This document shows, piece after piece, positions 28,417 to 47,892 of a stretch of 64,000 nt of DNA. Positions within the stretch are counted from its first letter, which is position 1. Each line of letters opens with the position of its first letter. Source of the stretch: the human T2T-CHM13v2.0 reference genome, Homo sapiens. Made by a program: the position numbers and the translations under genes. Below the pieces are notes generated by a model. It was given only the letters and a program-made list of their open reading frames with translations, searched no databases and was not told the DNA's origin. The stretch is taken from assembly GCF_009914755.1 (NCBI RefSeq), contig NC_060934.1. One strand, 5' to 3'.

Positions 28417-28928
28417 TGCTGAGACCAGCTCGGCTGGGGAGACCCTAACCCAGTGGCGCTAGAGGAATTAAAGACACACATACAGAAATATAGAGGTGTG
28501 AAGTGGGAAATCAGGGGTCTCACAGCCTTCAGAGCTGAGAGCCCCGAACAGAGATTTACCCACATATTTATTAGCAGCAAACCAGTCATTAGCATTGTTT
28601 CTATAGATGTTAAATTAACTAAAAGTATCCCTTATGGGAAACGAAGGGATGGGCCGAATTAAAGGAACAGGTTGCCCTAGTTAACTGCAGCAGGAGCATG
28701 TCCTAAGGCACAGGTCGCTCATGCTATTGTTTGTGGCTTAAGAATGCCTTTAAGCTGTTTTCTGCCCTGGGCGGGCCAGGTGTTCCTTGTCCTCATTCCC
28801 GTAAACCCACAACCTTCCAGTGTGGGCATTAGGGCCATTATGAACATGTTACAGTGCTGCAGAGATTTTGTTTATGGCCAGTTTTGGGGCCAGTTTATGG
28901 CCGGATTTTGGGGGGCTTGCTCCCAACA
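28417..28928 (-). mobile_element. Solo MER9 (HERV-K9/HML-3) LTR, 512 bp
   Basis: Reverse-complement homologue of 18398-18907; 6-bp TSD CCCCAT at 28411-28416 and 28929-28934. Confidence 0.94.
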
Positions 28929-29734
28929 CCCCATTTTGAGTCCTTAATCTCTATTATCAGTAAATAATGTTCTTTTCAAATGATTGACGTAACTCCTGCA
29001 GGCTCTGCCTACATCTGTCCACTGGCAATTGACACTTTGTTCAAGCCCCACACAGGAGCACTTATAGTGGAGTGTACTAAGAGAGGATGTCTCTTAGTCT
29101 TGGGCCACAGAAGTGAAATTGATATTTTAGTTCAGGTAGGAAGGATGGAGAGGAGTTGGCCAGGACAAGAGTGGGGGCCCAAGTTAGGCAAGCAGAAGGA
29201 AGAGCCCAGGGCAGCTCCTGCATGGGTCCAGCTCCCTAGGTGGTGTGAAGCTTGGTGAGCAAGGGGCTAAGGAAGCCGCTGGGGCAGAGCCACATGAGCT
29301 CTGGCCGAGGGAGAGGTGAGGATGGCAAAGCAGGCAGGAAAGGGTGGAGGGCCCAGCAGGTTAGGCAAGGAGTTCAGACAGTCGAGGGATGATGGAAAGC
29401 CAATGGGGGCAACTTTGCTTTGGGATCCAACAATGACTGTTGGTACCCAGCTCTGCTATTTACTAGGTGAGGGACCAAAGACAAGTTACGTTCTCTGAGC
29501 CAATTTCCTCATCTGCAAAATGAGAATAATAATTGTACCTTCTTTGGTGGTGAGAGCTCAGTGTAATGATGTATGTAAAAGGCTCTGCATGTCCTCTGGA
29601 ATCAGCAAATGGTAGCCATATATAAATAAATGCAGATTCTGGATCCAGCCCCCAAAGTAAGGAAAGACTGGTCCTTAGGTGCCCTTGCTGGAAAAAGTGG
29701 GATGGAAAAAGTGTGATGGAAAAAGTGTGATTCT

Positions 29735-30025
<291 letters not shown>

Positions 30026-30574
30026 ATGATTCTTGATAAAGTGGCTTTGTAGGATTCTTGGCTAAAACTCGGCTCACCAGGCCAAGACAAGGCATAGTTG
30101 AAAGGAGGATGCAAAGGAGCCTGACTCCACTTTAGTCTAGGAGGGACGCTTGTCAGCTGTTCTATCCTTAGCATCCAGAAGTGAGTAGCACGCAGTGGGC
30201 CTTTGGTCAATCACTGGTAAATTGGTAAATGAATGCACCATCCTGAGAAATTTTCTTAAAAAAAAAGGCCCTAATTGAATGAGAGAGATACATTTTCCTC
30301 CCTTAGCTTTCCAATTCCTGGAGTTAATAAATAGAAACATATGTTTTTCCTAGAAAATAATACATTTGTTAAAACAGATTCAACCTACTTTCATTTTCTA
30401 TGTCAGCAAATAGTGAGGAAATAATGTTTTTAGTGTTCTAGGTGATGTACTTTTCTAACATGCTTTTTATTTGTATGAAATAAAAACAGGATTATTTGGA
30501 AACAAATAGCTATCCAAAGGCACATAAAATATGTCTCTCATACTTTCCGTATCAGTTTCTGGTGGCAGATGTCA

Positions 30575-33260
30575 ACCTAAGCAGTACATTAGAACCACTT
30601 GGGGGCTTTAAAAAATCCGAATGCCAGGACCACACTTAGGGCAATTAATTCAGAATCTCTGAAGCTGGGACCCAGGTACCTTCACTTTGCTTTTTTTTTT
30701 TTTTGGTATTTATTTCATTCTATTTTCTGTATAACTTTAAGTACATAAAGATTTATTTCCACAGGATCAGGAAATGGGTAGAAATCACAGGACAATCTCT
30801 CTTCCCACCAAAAAAGTTGCGTATTTTGGTAAGTGTTTGTCCTAGAGGGAAAAAACTGAAATTTACATTAGCAGTGCTGTGCAAGATTCTTACATAAATC
30901 AAGACCTAAAAGCAGCTTGCAGTGGAGGTTTTGGTCCCCTGTTCAGGTGCTTGGACAGAAGCCATAAGCTGGTGAGTGTGACAGGGAAAAGGAGGCAGTG
31001 AAGACAGGTGACAGGCACCTAGCAGGGAAGGAGGATTCAGGAATACCAGACTCCTTGGAATGGAGTGTTGTTTTTCCTTTTTTTTTTTTTCATCTCTGTA
31101 GGAAGGTGCTGGGCAGGGATCCCAGAGAAAGAAAGGGTTGAATACTCCTTTAACTGCCCTGGATGAAGGGCACTGCTACAGCAGCTAGTACCGGAGACTC
31201 TCCTATCTCATGGTTGAGGCAGACCCAGGATAGAATAGTGAATAAAAGGAATGCTTATAGGAAACAATTTTGCGTGGAATGCTAGATGGCCAAGCCTCAG
31301 CCTTTGGTCCAGTGCAATCCTTGCCTCACTTGTCAATAGTGAAAAATTAGTTTGGTTAGAAGAACCATCTGGAAACACACCAGCTTCTGCTACCTTCATG
31401 CTCATTGTCAGAAAAAGATTAACCAGTGTGAACGTTCTGATCTGTTAATTCCTGGGACTGTTTTCTTCCCAGTGGACTGTTTGTTGGTAGAATAACCCCC
31501 AAAGCTCAAAGCTAAAATGCATCATTAGTCCTCGTCGGCAGTTGAGCTGATTTGGAAAAGCTGCACCTTCCTGCAGAAGATCAACTGACCTGCTATCCCA
31601 CTGCACATCTGAGGTATATTTCAGTGAAGGCAGGTAGCTGTGCTTTTCAGAGCAGAGAAGCAGTTTTAAGAGCAGAAAGGTAGAGGAAATCTAGAAAAGA
31701 ACCGTCTTGATACAGATTTATCCCATGGTGTGAAGGGAGGGCAAAGAACCCAGTGGCACTTCGCTTATCCAGCAATTTCTGTCACTGTGGCGACAAACTT
31801 CTGCCCATTCCAGAGGGTCTTGAACTGCTCAGGAACTGGGAATTCATTAAAGTCACCGCCTTCTGTAGGAATGAGGACATTCATCTCAGAAGATTTGGCA
31901 CTGGCTATTTCACAATCCAGGGAATTCTTGCTCAGGTAAGCATGGCAGCCATCTGTTTTGTTGATGGAAATGGTTGGCACTTTACTCATCACCTGAAGTT
32001 TGACATCCCTACTGTTGATTATCTCCACAATGCCCACCATATCATCGAATACCAGACCAAGTTTCTTACAATTATCTACTGTAATGGAGTTAATTTTGCC
32101 CTTGATTTGCAACATCGTGTTGACACACTTGTATATGTAAGCCGCCTGTTTCAGCTCTGTGTCATCAATCACCAGATTGGAAACATTTTCCTGATTTTCC
32201 ACTCTCCACTTCTTGCCCTCCAGTTCAAGTACAGCTGGCTCCTTCTTTGTGGCTGGTTTGGGGTTTAGGTGCAGAGAATGGCTTGGGGCCACTGCGTACT
32301 GGACCACTCTGAGCCTTCAGGGTAGGGTTCTTGTGAGTCTTCATGTCATCAGATACACGTTTCAGGGCATGTGTGATGCTCTCCCCCTGATTAATCTGCG
32401 CAAACAGTGCTGAGAGGGAAGCGGACTCATCTGAGCCTGAACTGACAGAGACTAGTGGAGGAGGGGGGCCTGGTGGTGGGGGAGGAGTAGCTGATCCAGC
32501 AGAGGGTCCAGATGGCAGTCCACTCAGTTCTTTTGTCACAGGCCCCGTTTTGCTCCAGGCAGTCCGGTGGTATGGAACTCCTTAATGTAAGCCTGCAGCT
32601 CTGTGCATATACTTAAATAAGCTTTGACTCAGTCTACATGCTTCTTATCCACATCTTTGTACTCTTTAAGGACTCAGTTTGTATAAAACACAGCAGCATG
32701 ATTCATTTCTTTCACATAAGGGCCAGGATTGGGAGCCATAGCCACCCAGCCTAGGGCCTGGATACTTTCACTGACAGCTGACAGCTGATTAAACAACTTG
32801 CTGCCTCGGTTCTTCTCCCAAAAGGTTATCACTTCTTTGATCTGCTCTGAGATAGGTGCCAACAGATCGGAAAGCTTATTACCTGCCGGCTATTGACACT
32901 GAGAAGCTGTAACCAAGAGAGCTCACTCCAACTTCAAAACTGTGTGTACCATCTCCACATCTTTCTGCACGTCTTCCCCAATCTCTTTACTGATCTTCAA
33001 GTACTCTGCCACAGGGCAGGCAAGCAGCGAGTCAAATGCCTGCGCATATGGAGCTGCTCCTGCTTTTGAAGGACTATCTCCATATCCACGGTGCATGTCA
33101 GAGGTATGGGATACTGCCTCCAGGCGGCCCACTGCCCTGTCCAATTTTTTACCAGATTTTGCATGTCAGTCATAATGTATCACCTCCCGACTGCGATCAG
33201 CCGCTCTCCACTTCCCGCACCTTCACTTTTCAAAGATTCCCAGGTGATGCCAACCTGCTC
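30575..33260. mobile_element. MER5-family (hAT-Charlie) element split by the CAP1 retrocopy (halves ~30575-30688 and ~33219-33260)
   Basis: Left half ACATTAGAACCACTTGGGGGCTTTAAAAAAT...AATTCAGAATCTCTG..GGGACCCAGG and right half TTTTCAAAGATTCCCAGGTGATGC join into a MER5-like sequence. Confidence 0.7.
30689..33218 (-). pseudogene. CAP1P2: CAP1 (adenylyl cyclase-associated protein 1) full-length processed pseudogene, probably CAP1P2
   Basis: Intronless CAP1 from ATG 33173 ([26 protein letters not shown]) to stop 31765 (..TVTEIAG), with frameshifts and stops. Both UTRs present, poly(A) at 30691-30704, TSD ACCTTCACTTT at 30678-30688 and 33219-33229. The P2 label is from recall. Confidence 0.95.
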
Positions 33261-33900
33261 TGCGGATGGAGCCCCTAAGACCCCAAGCGGCCCAGACTAC
33301 GTTTCCCAGAGGCCTCCGCGGCCTCAGCCACTTCCGCTTCCGGTCCAGCCTGTCTCCGCGTGGTGCGAGCGCTGCACCAGCCCCTGGCTGGTGGTTACTG
33401 TCCGAACGGCGTGGTGTGGTCGCTGACTCTCTGGGCGTGCAGCTCCGCAGCCCTGCCGGCTCGGTTCGGTTCGTGAGCGGCCGGGGTCAGGCTGGGTCCC
33501 TGAAGCCTCGAGCCCCTGGCGGGTGCTCCCCGCCTTTCCCAGGGGCGGGTCGAGGGGCGAGCCGGGGTGGGAGGGGAAGGCGGCGGTGGGCAGTGCCCAC
33601 CCGCAGTGGCTGCGCCGTGTGGAGCGACCGCTCGAGGCTGGTGCATCACAGAGCGCTCCAGCCTTGCGCCCCGGCCGACAGATTGGGCCACTGACAAGGC
33701 CGTCCCCCGGTGCTGCCAAAAGTGTTTGGCGTGGAGCTGGCTGCAGTCCAGGCCGGATCCCAGCAGCCGTTCCCTTTCCTTTCTTCCCGAGCGTACCCAC
33801 CTGGACCTGTCTGCCCACCTGTGGAGGGAACGGGCGGGCGGGGACCTGGTCTAGAGGGCAGATTCTAGCTAGGCTAGGGCACGGAGGGACTTCCTCAATT
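33230..33900 (+). promoter_or_regulatory. ZNF485: ZNF485 CpG-island promoter and non-coding exon 1
   Basis: CpG-rich. ZNF143/SBS-like ACTACGTTTCCCAGAGGCC at 33296-33314; tandem ETS CACTTCCGCTTCCGG at 33329-33343; candidate donor TTC|GTGAGC at 33473. Confidence 0.8.
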
Positions 33901-33972
33901 TCCTCTCTTCTTTCCCAGATTGACTTACGCAGGATTCTCAGCCCTTGCCTGGGAGAACAGTTCAGGAGACAG

Positions 33973-33996
33973 ATGGCCCCAAGAGCCCAGATCCAG
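33973..33996 (+). CDS. ZNF485: ZNF485 first coding exon (MAPRAQIQ); exon ~33919-33996
   Basis: Pyrimidine tract and CAG acceptor at 33918; ATG at 33973; donor CAG|GCAAGT; phase 0 fits the KRAB-A exon. Confidence 0.85.
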
Positions 33997-35511
33997 GCAA
34001 GTTTGATTTTTCCATTTCTTGAGAAACCACGTGTTTCAGCGAGGTGGGGTTTATGCCTCTTGCCCGGACAATGCCCTGCCCTGTGTGTGGACAAAGCTAC
34101 CCGAACCAATCCTGGATGGGTCCCGCGATTTCCGTCCTGTCTACCCATTACGTAGTCATTCACCAAGTAGATTATTGCTACCCATGTTTTCTAGAGTGCT
34201 AGAAACAGAAAAGTGCTTTGCAAACTGGCAGACGATGAAAAAAATACACGTTAGCATGTAAAGACGTAGGCCATAAAGACATAGGGTGATAGCAGTGCTC
34301 TCTTGACCTTTAGTGTGTGGTAGGGTGGGAGGGGTGGAGTAGTGGGCGCCTTAGTTCTTCCTGAAGAATAAATGAGATTTGCATAATTGCAGAGGATACT
34401 AGGGGAAAGCGCTGCCTGAATGAAGTCATTATGGCGGGACCATGAACAAACTGGTCTGAGAAAGTTGGAAACATTCATGGTCTAGAATCCCAGACTGGAG
34501 TTTGCTTTTATCCTGGAGAAAACTAGGTTTTGAAGGATTTTGAGAAGCTGATTAAATAATTGGTATTTTGAAAGGAAGTGATAAACATTTGAGTGTCTAT
34601 TATACAAATAAAATTAAAAAAATTAAAGATCACCTACATTTCTACTGCTCTAAGTCAAGTAATTTCATTTGAAACACACTTTTCATTTTTTTAAGGCTTA
34701 CTCATTTTTTCTTTTAGTATTTCATAGCCATTCCAATTTGTTCTAGTTTCATTACCACTTTTTGTGGCTTCCTTTTATACTGTGCCTTCAACCAGCCCTG
34801 GGACCTTGAGCAAGTTCTTCCAACTCTCTGAACCTTTGTGTCTTTAGCTACGAAATAGATTTTACTTTATATAGTTACGGCAGAAATTTAGAGAGATGAT
34901 ATGTATCTCAGGGTTTAGCACCGTGGCTGGTACATAGTAAGTTGTTACTCTTATGAAAAGCAATTTTTTTTTCTTTTTTAAAAATATTCTGCCCCAGAGT
35001 CAGATCATACTCCCTGTAAATTCTCGGATAAAGCTAATCACTTTCCATGTCTTTTCAAAGTTTCTATTCATTTGTTGATTGAATAAAGCCTGAACACTTC
35101 TGTGTCAGGCAGTGTTTTTGACTGGGAGGCAGCAGTGACCCACACTGTCCCCCTGGAGCTCACATTAGAGAGGATGCTGACAGTCAGTGCAAACCTCTCC
35201 TGCCAGGTGGTGAGAAATCCTGTGAAGAAAAGTGAAATGGGTTTCGAGACTGAGTGGCAGAGGATGGGGTGGAGAAATAGAAGACCTTTTTGATGAGGTG
35301 ACATGAAGGGTGGAGTGAGCAGAGGCTAGGCCTGGAGGAGGGAGCAGGACAGGCATGCAGGAAGAACCTGCTCAAGGGAGGAGTCGCACATCCCCTCAGC
35401 CCTCAGCTTTTACTTGTTGGTTTCCATGAGCACTGTTGGAACTGTCAGAAGCTGGCTTTGACCACCTTGCTTCCTTCTCTTGGGATGCCTCCCTCAGGGG
35501 TTCCCGGATGA

Positions 35512-35742
<231 letters not shown>

Positions 35743-36176
35743 TGAAAAAATCTTAAATGATGTGCTTTTTGTTTTGTTTTTCTTAAGTATGGGCTTAGAG
35801 GCTGGAGTTTATGCCCCTTACACCCCTCAAGAAAGGTCAGAGCCATACAGAGTTAAGATGGGTAGCTTTGTGGTGCCAACTAGCCCAGTTCTGGAATGTT
35901 TCTGTGTCATGATTCATCTGCCTCCCAAAATAGGAGTTTCTCGTCCTCCAGGAGGACCTGGTTTTCTAGTTGACTTTGCCCCCTCCATTTGCTTTACTTC
36001 ATGAGTTGGACATCCTGGGTGCCACCCTCTAGGCCTCTCTGACCTGTCCATGCTCATTGCAGATGCTCAAGTTGACACTGAGGTCTGGAGTGACTGCTTG
36101 TGCTTGTAACCGCCATCACATTCCTTTTCATTCATTTTTTTTTTCTTCCTCTAAGATCCTTTTTCTTTATGAACAG

Positions 36177-36272
36177 GGCTTCTCTCTTCCAAACCAAAAC
36201 TAATTACTCAGTTGGAGCAAGGGGCAGAGCCCTGGACTGAGGTGCGAGAGGCTCCATCAGGCACACATGCAG
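36177..36272 (+). CDS. ZNF485: ZNF485 KRAB-B exon (96 nt)
   Basis: AACAG acceptor; (G)LLSSKPKLITQLEQGAEPWTEVREAPSGTHA; donor G|GTGAGT. Confidence 0.95.
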
Positions 36273-36599
36273 GTGAGTGGGTGGGGAACATCCCAGCAGA
36301 AGCTGAGCACACGGAGCAGTACGGGGGTTCCTGAGTGGAAGCTCATCTTTGAGTGCCCTGTTGGTGCAGAAAGGCACTGGTTTCCTCTTTTGATGTCATC
36401 CTCCTGTCAAGTGGCTGGCCGCTTTTCTCCCCAGTCTTTCTGCACTTGGGAGGGCTGCTGCCTTCCTGAGGGCCTCAGGCCCATCTGTGCCATCTCCCAG
36501 CCTTCTGAAATCCTCAAGCTCTTTATGTGATTTTTCTCTCTCTCTTTCCAGGCATTCACCAGGTATCTTTTGTTTCTTTCTACTTCTGTTCCATTTTCT

Positions 36600-42639
<6,040 letters not shown>

Positions 42640-43212
42640 TAGATATGTTAAAAATTTAGTTTATAGTAAAATCTTATTGGCCTGAGAACTATTTTTGTTC
42701 CTTGAATATTTTTTCTGTTTTCTTTTTTCCACTGAGCAATTAAATATTGGTTCACTCTTAAATCCTCACAGAGAACTATTTTTCTCAAGTTCTTGGTGAC
42801 ATCATAATGTTCTCAAATATACCACCTGCAGAAATCTGCCCTAGTAGTAATTATAGCTTGCTTTGTGACTCTGGGCTTTCTCCTCAATTTTGTATTTATT
42901 CTCACATTGTCTTTTTTCTTTTTTAGCTGTTTCCTGTGTTGTCTTCCTAACTTGGCAACTTCTTAGGGGCTCACTGCATTCTTTAAATGCAATGTTTATA
43001 GTACAGATTCTTTTCTTTTCTTTAAAATCATACTTCCTTTTCCTGCCCTTAGTCTGGCCATCTTTTCTCAGCAAGAATCACAAGTGGGACACATTAATAA
43101 TTTTTCATAACCTTTAGTTATGTAGAATAGAACATTATTCAAGTCCTTGCACAACTCTCACTTTCAGCATTTCAACATAAAGAACATTTGAATTTTTAAA
43201 ATTTTCTTTCAG

Positions 43213-44291
43213 TCGAGGATTACTGGTTTGAAACAAAGATGTCAGCCCTAAAGCAAAGCACTTCTGAAGCATCTGTTCTGGGAGAGCGAACGAAAAGTGT
43301 CATGATGGAAAAAGGCCTGGACTGGGAGGGCAGAAGCTCCACAGAGAAGAACTATAAGTGCAAGGAATGTGGGAAAGTCTTCAAATACAATTCGTCCTTT
43401 ATTAGCCACCAGAGAAATCACACCAGTGAGAAACCACATAAATGTAAAGAATGTGGGATCGCCTTTATGAACAGTTCATCCCTTTTAAATCACCATAAGG
43501 TTCATGCAGGCAAACAGCCTTATAGATGTATTGAATGTGGGAAGTTCCTGAAGAAGCACTCAACGTTTATCAACCATCAGAGAATTCATTCTAGGGAGAA
43601 ACCCCACAAATGCATTGAATGTGGAAAAACTTTCAGAAAGAACTCAATCCTTTTAAGTCATCAGAGAATTCATACTGGCCAGAAACCCTACAAATGTAAT
43701 GACTGTGGGAAAGCCTTCACTCAGAATGCAGCTCTTACTCGTCATGAAAGAATACATAGTGGAGAGAAGCCTTTTAAATGTAACAAGTGTGGGAGAGCTT
43801 TCAGGGATAATTCAACTGTGTTGGAACATCAGAAAATCCATACTGGTGAGAAGCCATATCAGTGTAATGAATGTGGAAAAGCCTTTAGGAAGAGCTCAAC
43901 TCTTATTAGTCACCAAAGAATGCATACTGGGGAGAAACCCTATCACTGCAGTAAATGTGGAAAATCTTTCAGGTATAGCTCATCCTTTGCTGGTCATCAG
44001 AAAACTCACAGTGGAAATAAACCGTATCAGTGTCGTGACTGTGGGAAGGCCTTTACAAAGAGCTCAACCCTTACTGGACATCAGAGAATTCATACTGGAG
44101 AAAAACCCTATCACTGTAAGAAATGTGGGAAAGCCTTTCGGCACAGCTCAGGCCTTGTTGAACATCAGAGACTCCATACTGGGGAAAAACCTTATAAATG
44201 TAATGAATGTGGGAAAGCTTTTCCCCGAAGTTCAGCCCTTAAGCAACATAAGAAAATTCATAATAAAGAAAGAGCCATGAAATGTAGTTAG
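43213..44291 (+). CDS. ZNF485: ZNF485 final coding exon, 11 C2H2 zinc fingers
   Basis: TTTTCTTTCAG acceptor; (V)EDYWFETKMSALK..., 11 CxxC..HxxxH repeats, TAG ending 44291. Spliced total 1326 nt = 441 aa. Confidence 0.97.
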
Positions 44292-44534
44292 TGTGGCAAA
44301 TTGTGCAGAGTAGTTTATTCCTTCTGACCATCATAGAGGAGACATTAAATAAATTATGCATTTAACAGAAATACTCTGTACTTCTGAGAGAACACATCAC
44401 TTGTGAGGATATTCATTGTGAGGTTCTACTAGTGAAATATTTGAAGAAACTAAATGTATGTCAGTATGGAAGTAGTTATAGCATACTGTGTGCTAATTGA
44501 AAAGAATGAGGTGGAGCTGTAAATACTGTACAAA

Positions 44535-45007
44535 GCCAGGCATGGTGGCATATGCCTGTAGTCCCAGTTACTTGGGAGGCTGAGACAGGATTGCTTAAGC
44601 CCAGGAGTTTGAGTCTGTAATGCACTATGATTGTGCATGTGAATAGCCACTGCACTCCAGCCTGGGCAACATAGCAAGACTCCATCTCTAAGTAAAAAAA
44701 TACAACAGTAGAAATATACCCATGATAATATACCCAATATACCCTTGTTAAAGAAGCAAGTTTCAGGAAATCTATATTATATGCATTCAAAAAGACCTGG
44801 ACAAATAAAGACCAATCTTAACAGCAGTTATCTCTCTCTCTCTCTTTTTTTTTTTTTTTTAAAAGAAACTAGCTCTTACTCTGTCACCCAGGCTGGAGTG
44901 CCATGTGATCATAGCTCACTGTAGTTTTGAACTTGGGCTTGAACAACCTTCCCACTTCAGTCTCTGGAGTAGCTGGGGCTACAGGCACGTACCACCACAC
45001 TCAGCTA
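44535..45007. mobile_element. Two Alu monomer-like pieces: ~44535-44700 (+, in 3' UTR) and ~44840-45006 (-)
   Basis: Alu monomer motifs; the second is flanked by TAACAGCAGTTATCT on both sides. Confidence 0.85.
44804..44809 (+). terminator. Probable ZNF485 polyadenylation signal
   Basis: AATAAA ~510 nt after the stop, followed by a CT/T-rich downstream tract. Confidence 0.55.
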
Positions 45008-45036
45008 ACAGCAGTTATCTTTGATGAGGATGTAGT

Positions 45037-45592
<556 letters not shown>

Positions 45593-46689
45593 TTGGTATG
45601 ATGAAGTGAAATTATGACTTTGACTGAGTTCTTTGAAATGAAATATTTAATCAAGCATCATTCATGTATCTTCTGTAACTTAGTATAGTTATCTTCCTAT
45701 ATAAGAAAACTCAGAAGTCATAAAAATAAGACAAATGCCACACAGAAACTAAAAGCTTTTAGTTTCTGCAACTAGAGGCTTCGTAGTATTAAAATACAAA
45801 GGGCTGGACTTGGAGAAAATATTACCATCATCATATTTAACAGGTAACACTTAGAATATTTAGAGAGTCCTTAAAATACATAAATATAAAAATTCCAGTG
45901 GAGAAATGGTCTTGGATGTGAATGTACAGTTGTCAGAAAAAGAAATATAAATGATTATGCCTACCAACTTTGACCTTTTGACCTAACATTTCTACTTAAA
46001 ATCTAATTAAAAAGTAAAGGTGGTCTTTACAGCATTGTAGTAATGAAGAGGTGGAATCACTGTAATATCTGTCATCAGAGGAATGTTGAAGATACATGCA
46101 GTCTTTGGACTACCATGTAGTCACTCAACATTTAATTAAAAGACAGTCCTTTAATTAATTAACATTTGGTGAGTTAGACTTTTATGAGCTGACAGGCAAA
46201 GTTGTCTATGACATTAAGTTGAAAAAGATCCAAAGTAAAGAATAATGGTATAGTACTTCTTTTGTATAGTCAATGCATTGCCTGAATATTTTGTGATAAA
46301 AATATATCATGGATATAGTTCACAATGTAAAAGCAATAAAGCAAACTTAGGAATGTTATAAAATAGAAAAGAAAGGATCTAAGTATTCAACTGATGATTG
46401 CAGAGGGCCAGATTTAATCAAAAGAAGCACGGCTGCACACACATAGATGATTGTTGGTAAGAACTGGTTAAGCTGCTTTGGATAACAGTTTGGCAACATG
46501 AATGTAAATGTAAATGTATGTTCTAATTGACCCAGAAATGCCACCCTCAAACATTTAAGGAAATAATTTGACTAACTTACAGAGCTTGTATTGCTCATCG
46601 TCATTGGTTATACTAATATCCTGGAAAGAGGTGGGAGAAATATCTAAGTAGGGAAATGTTTAAATAAGTTATGAAACTCTCATAGGCTA

Positions 46690-47892
<1,203 letters not shown>

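Noticed and set aside
29691-29732. 14-bp unit GAAAAAGTG(G/T)GAT(G/T) three times
   Set aside because: Short slippage repeat with no spacers; not CRISPR-like and no evident function.
31753-32268. 171-aa plus-strand ORF
   Set aside because: Antisense shadow of the CAP1 coding frame.
33036-34166. 280-aa minus-strand and 210-aa plus-strand ORFs over the ZNF485 promoter
   Set aside because: GC-rich artefacts; only the MAPRAQIQ segment is supported by splice logic.
43699-44280. 193-aa alternative-frame ORF over the zinc fingers
   Set aside because: Typical +1-frame shadow of tandem C2H2 repeats (NVMNVGK motifs); no independent evidence.
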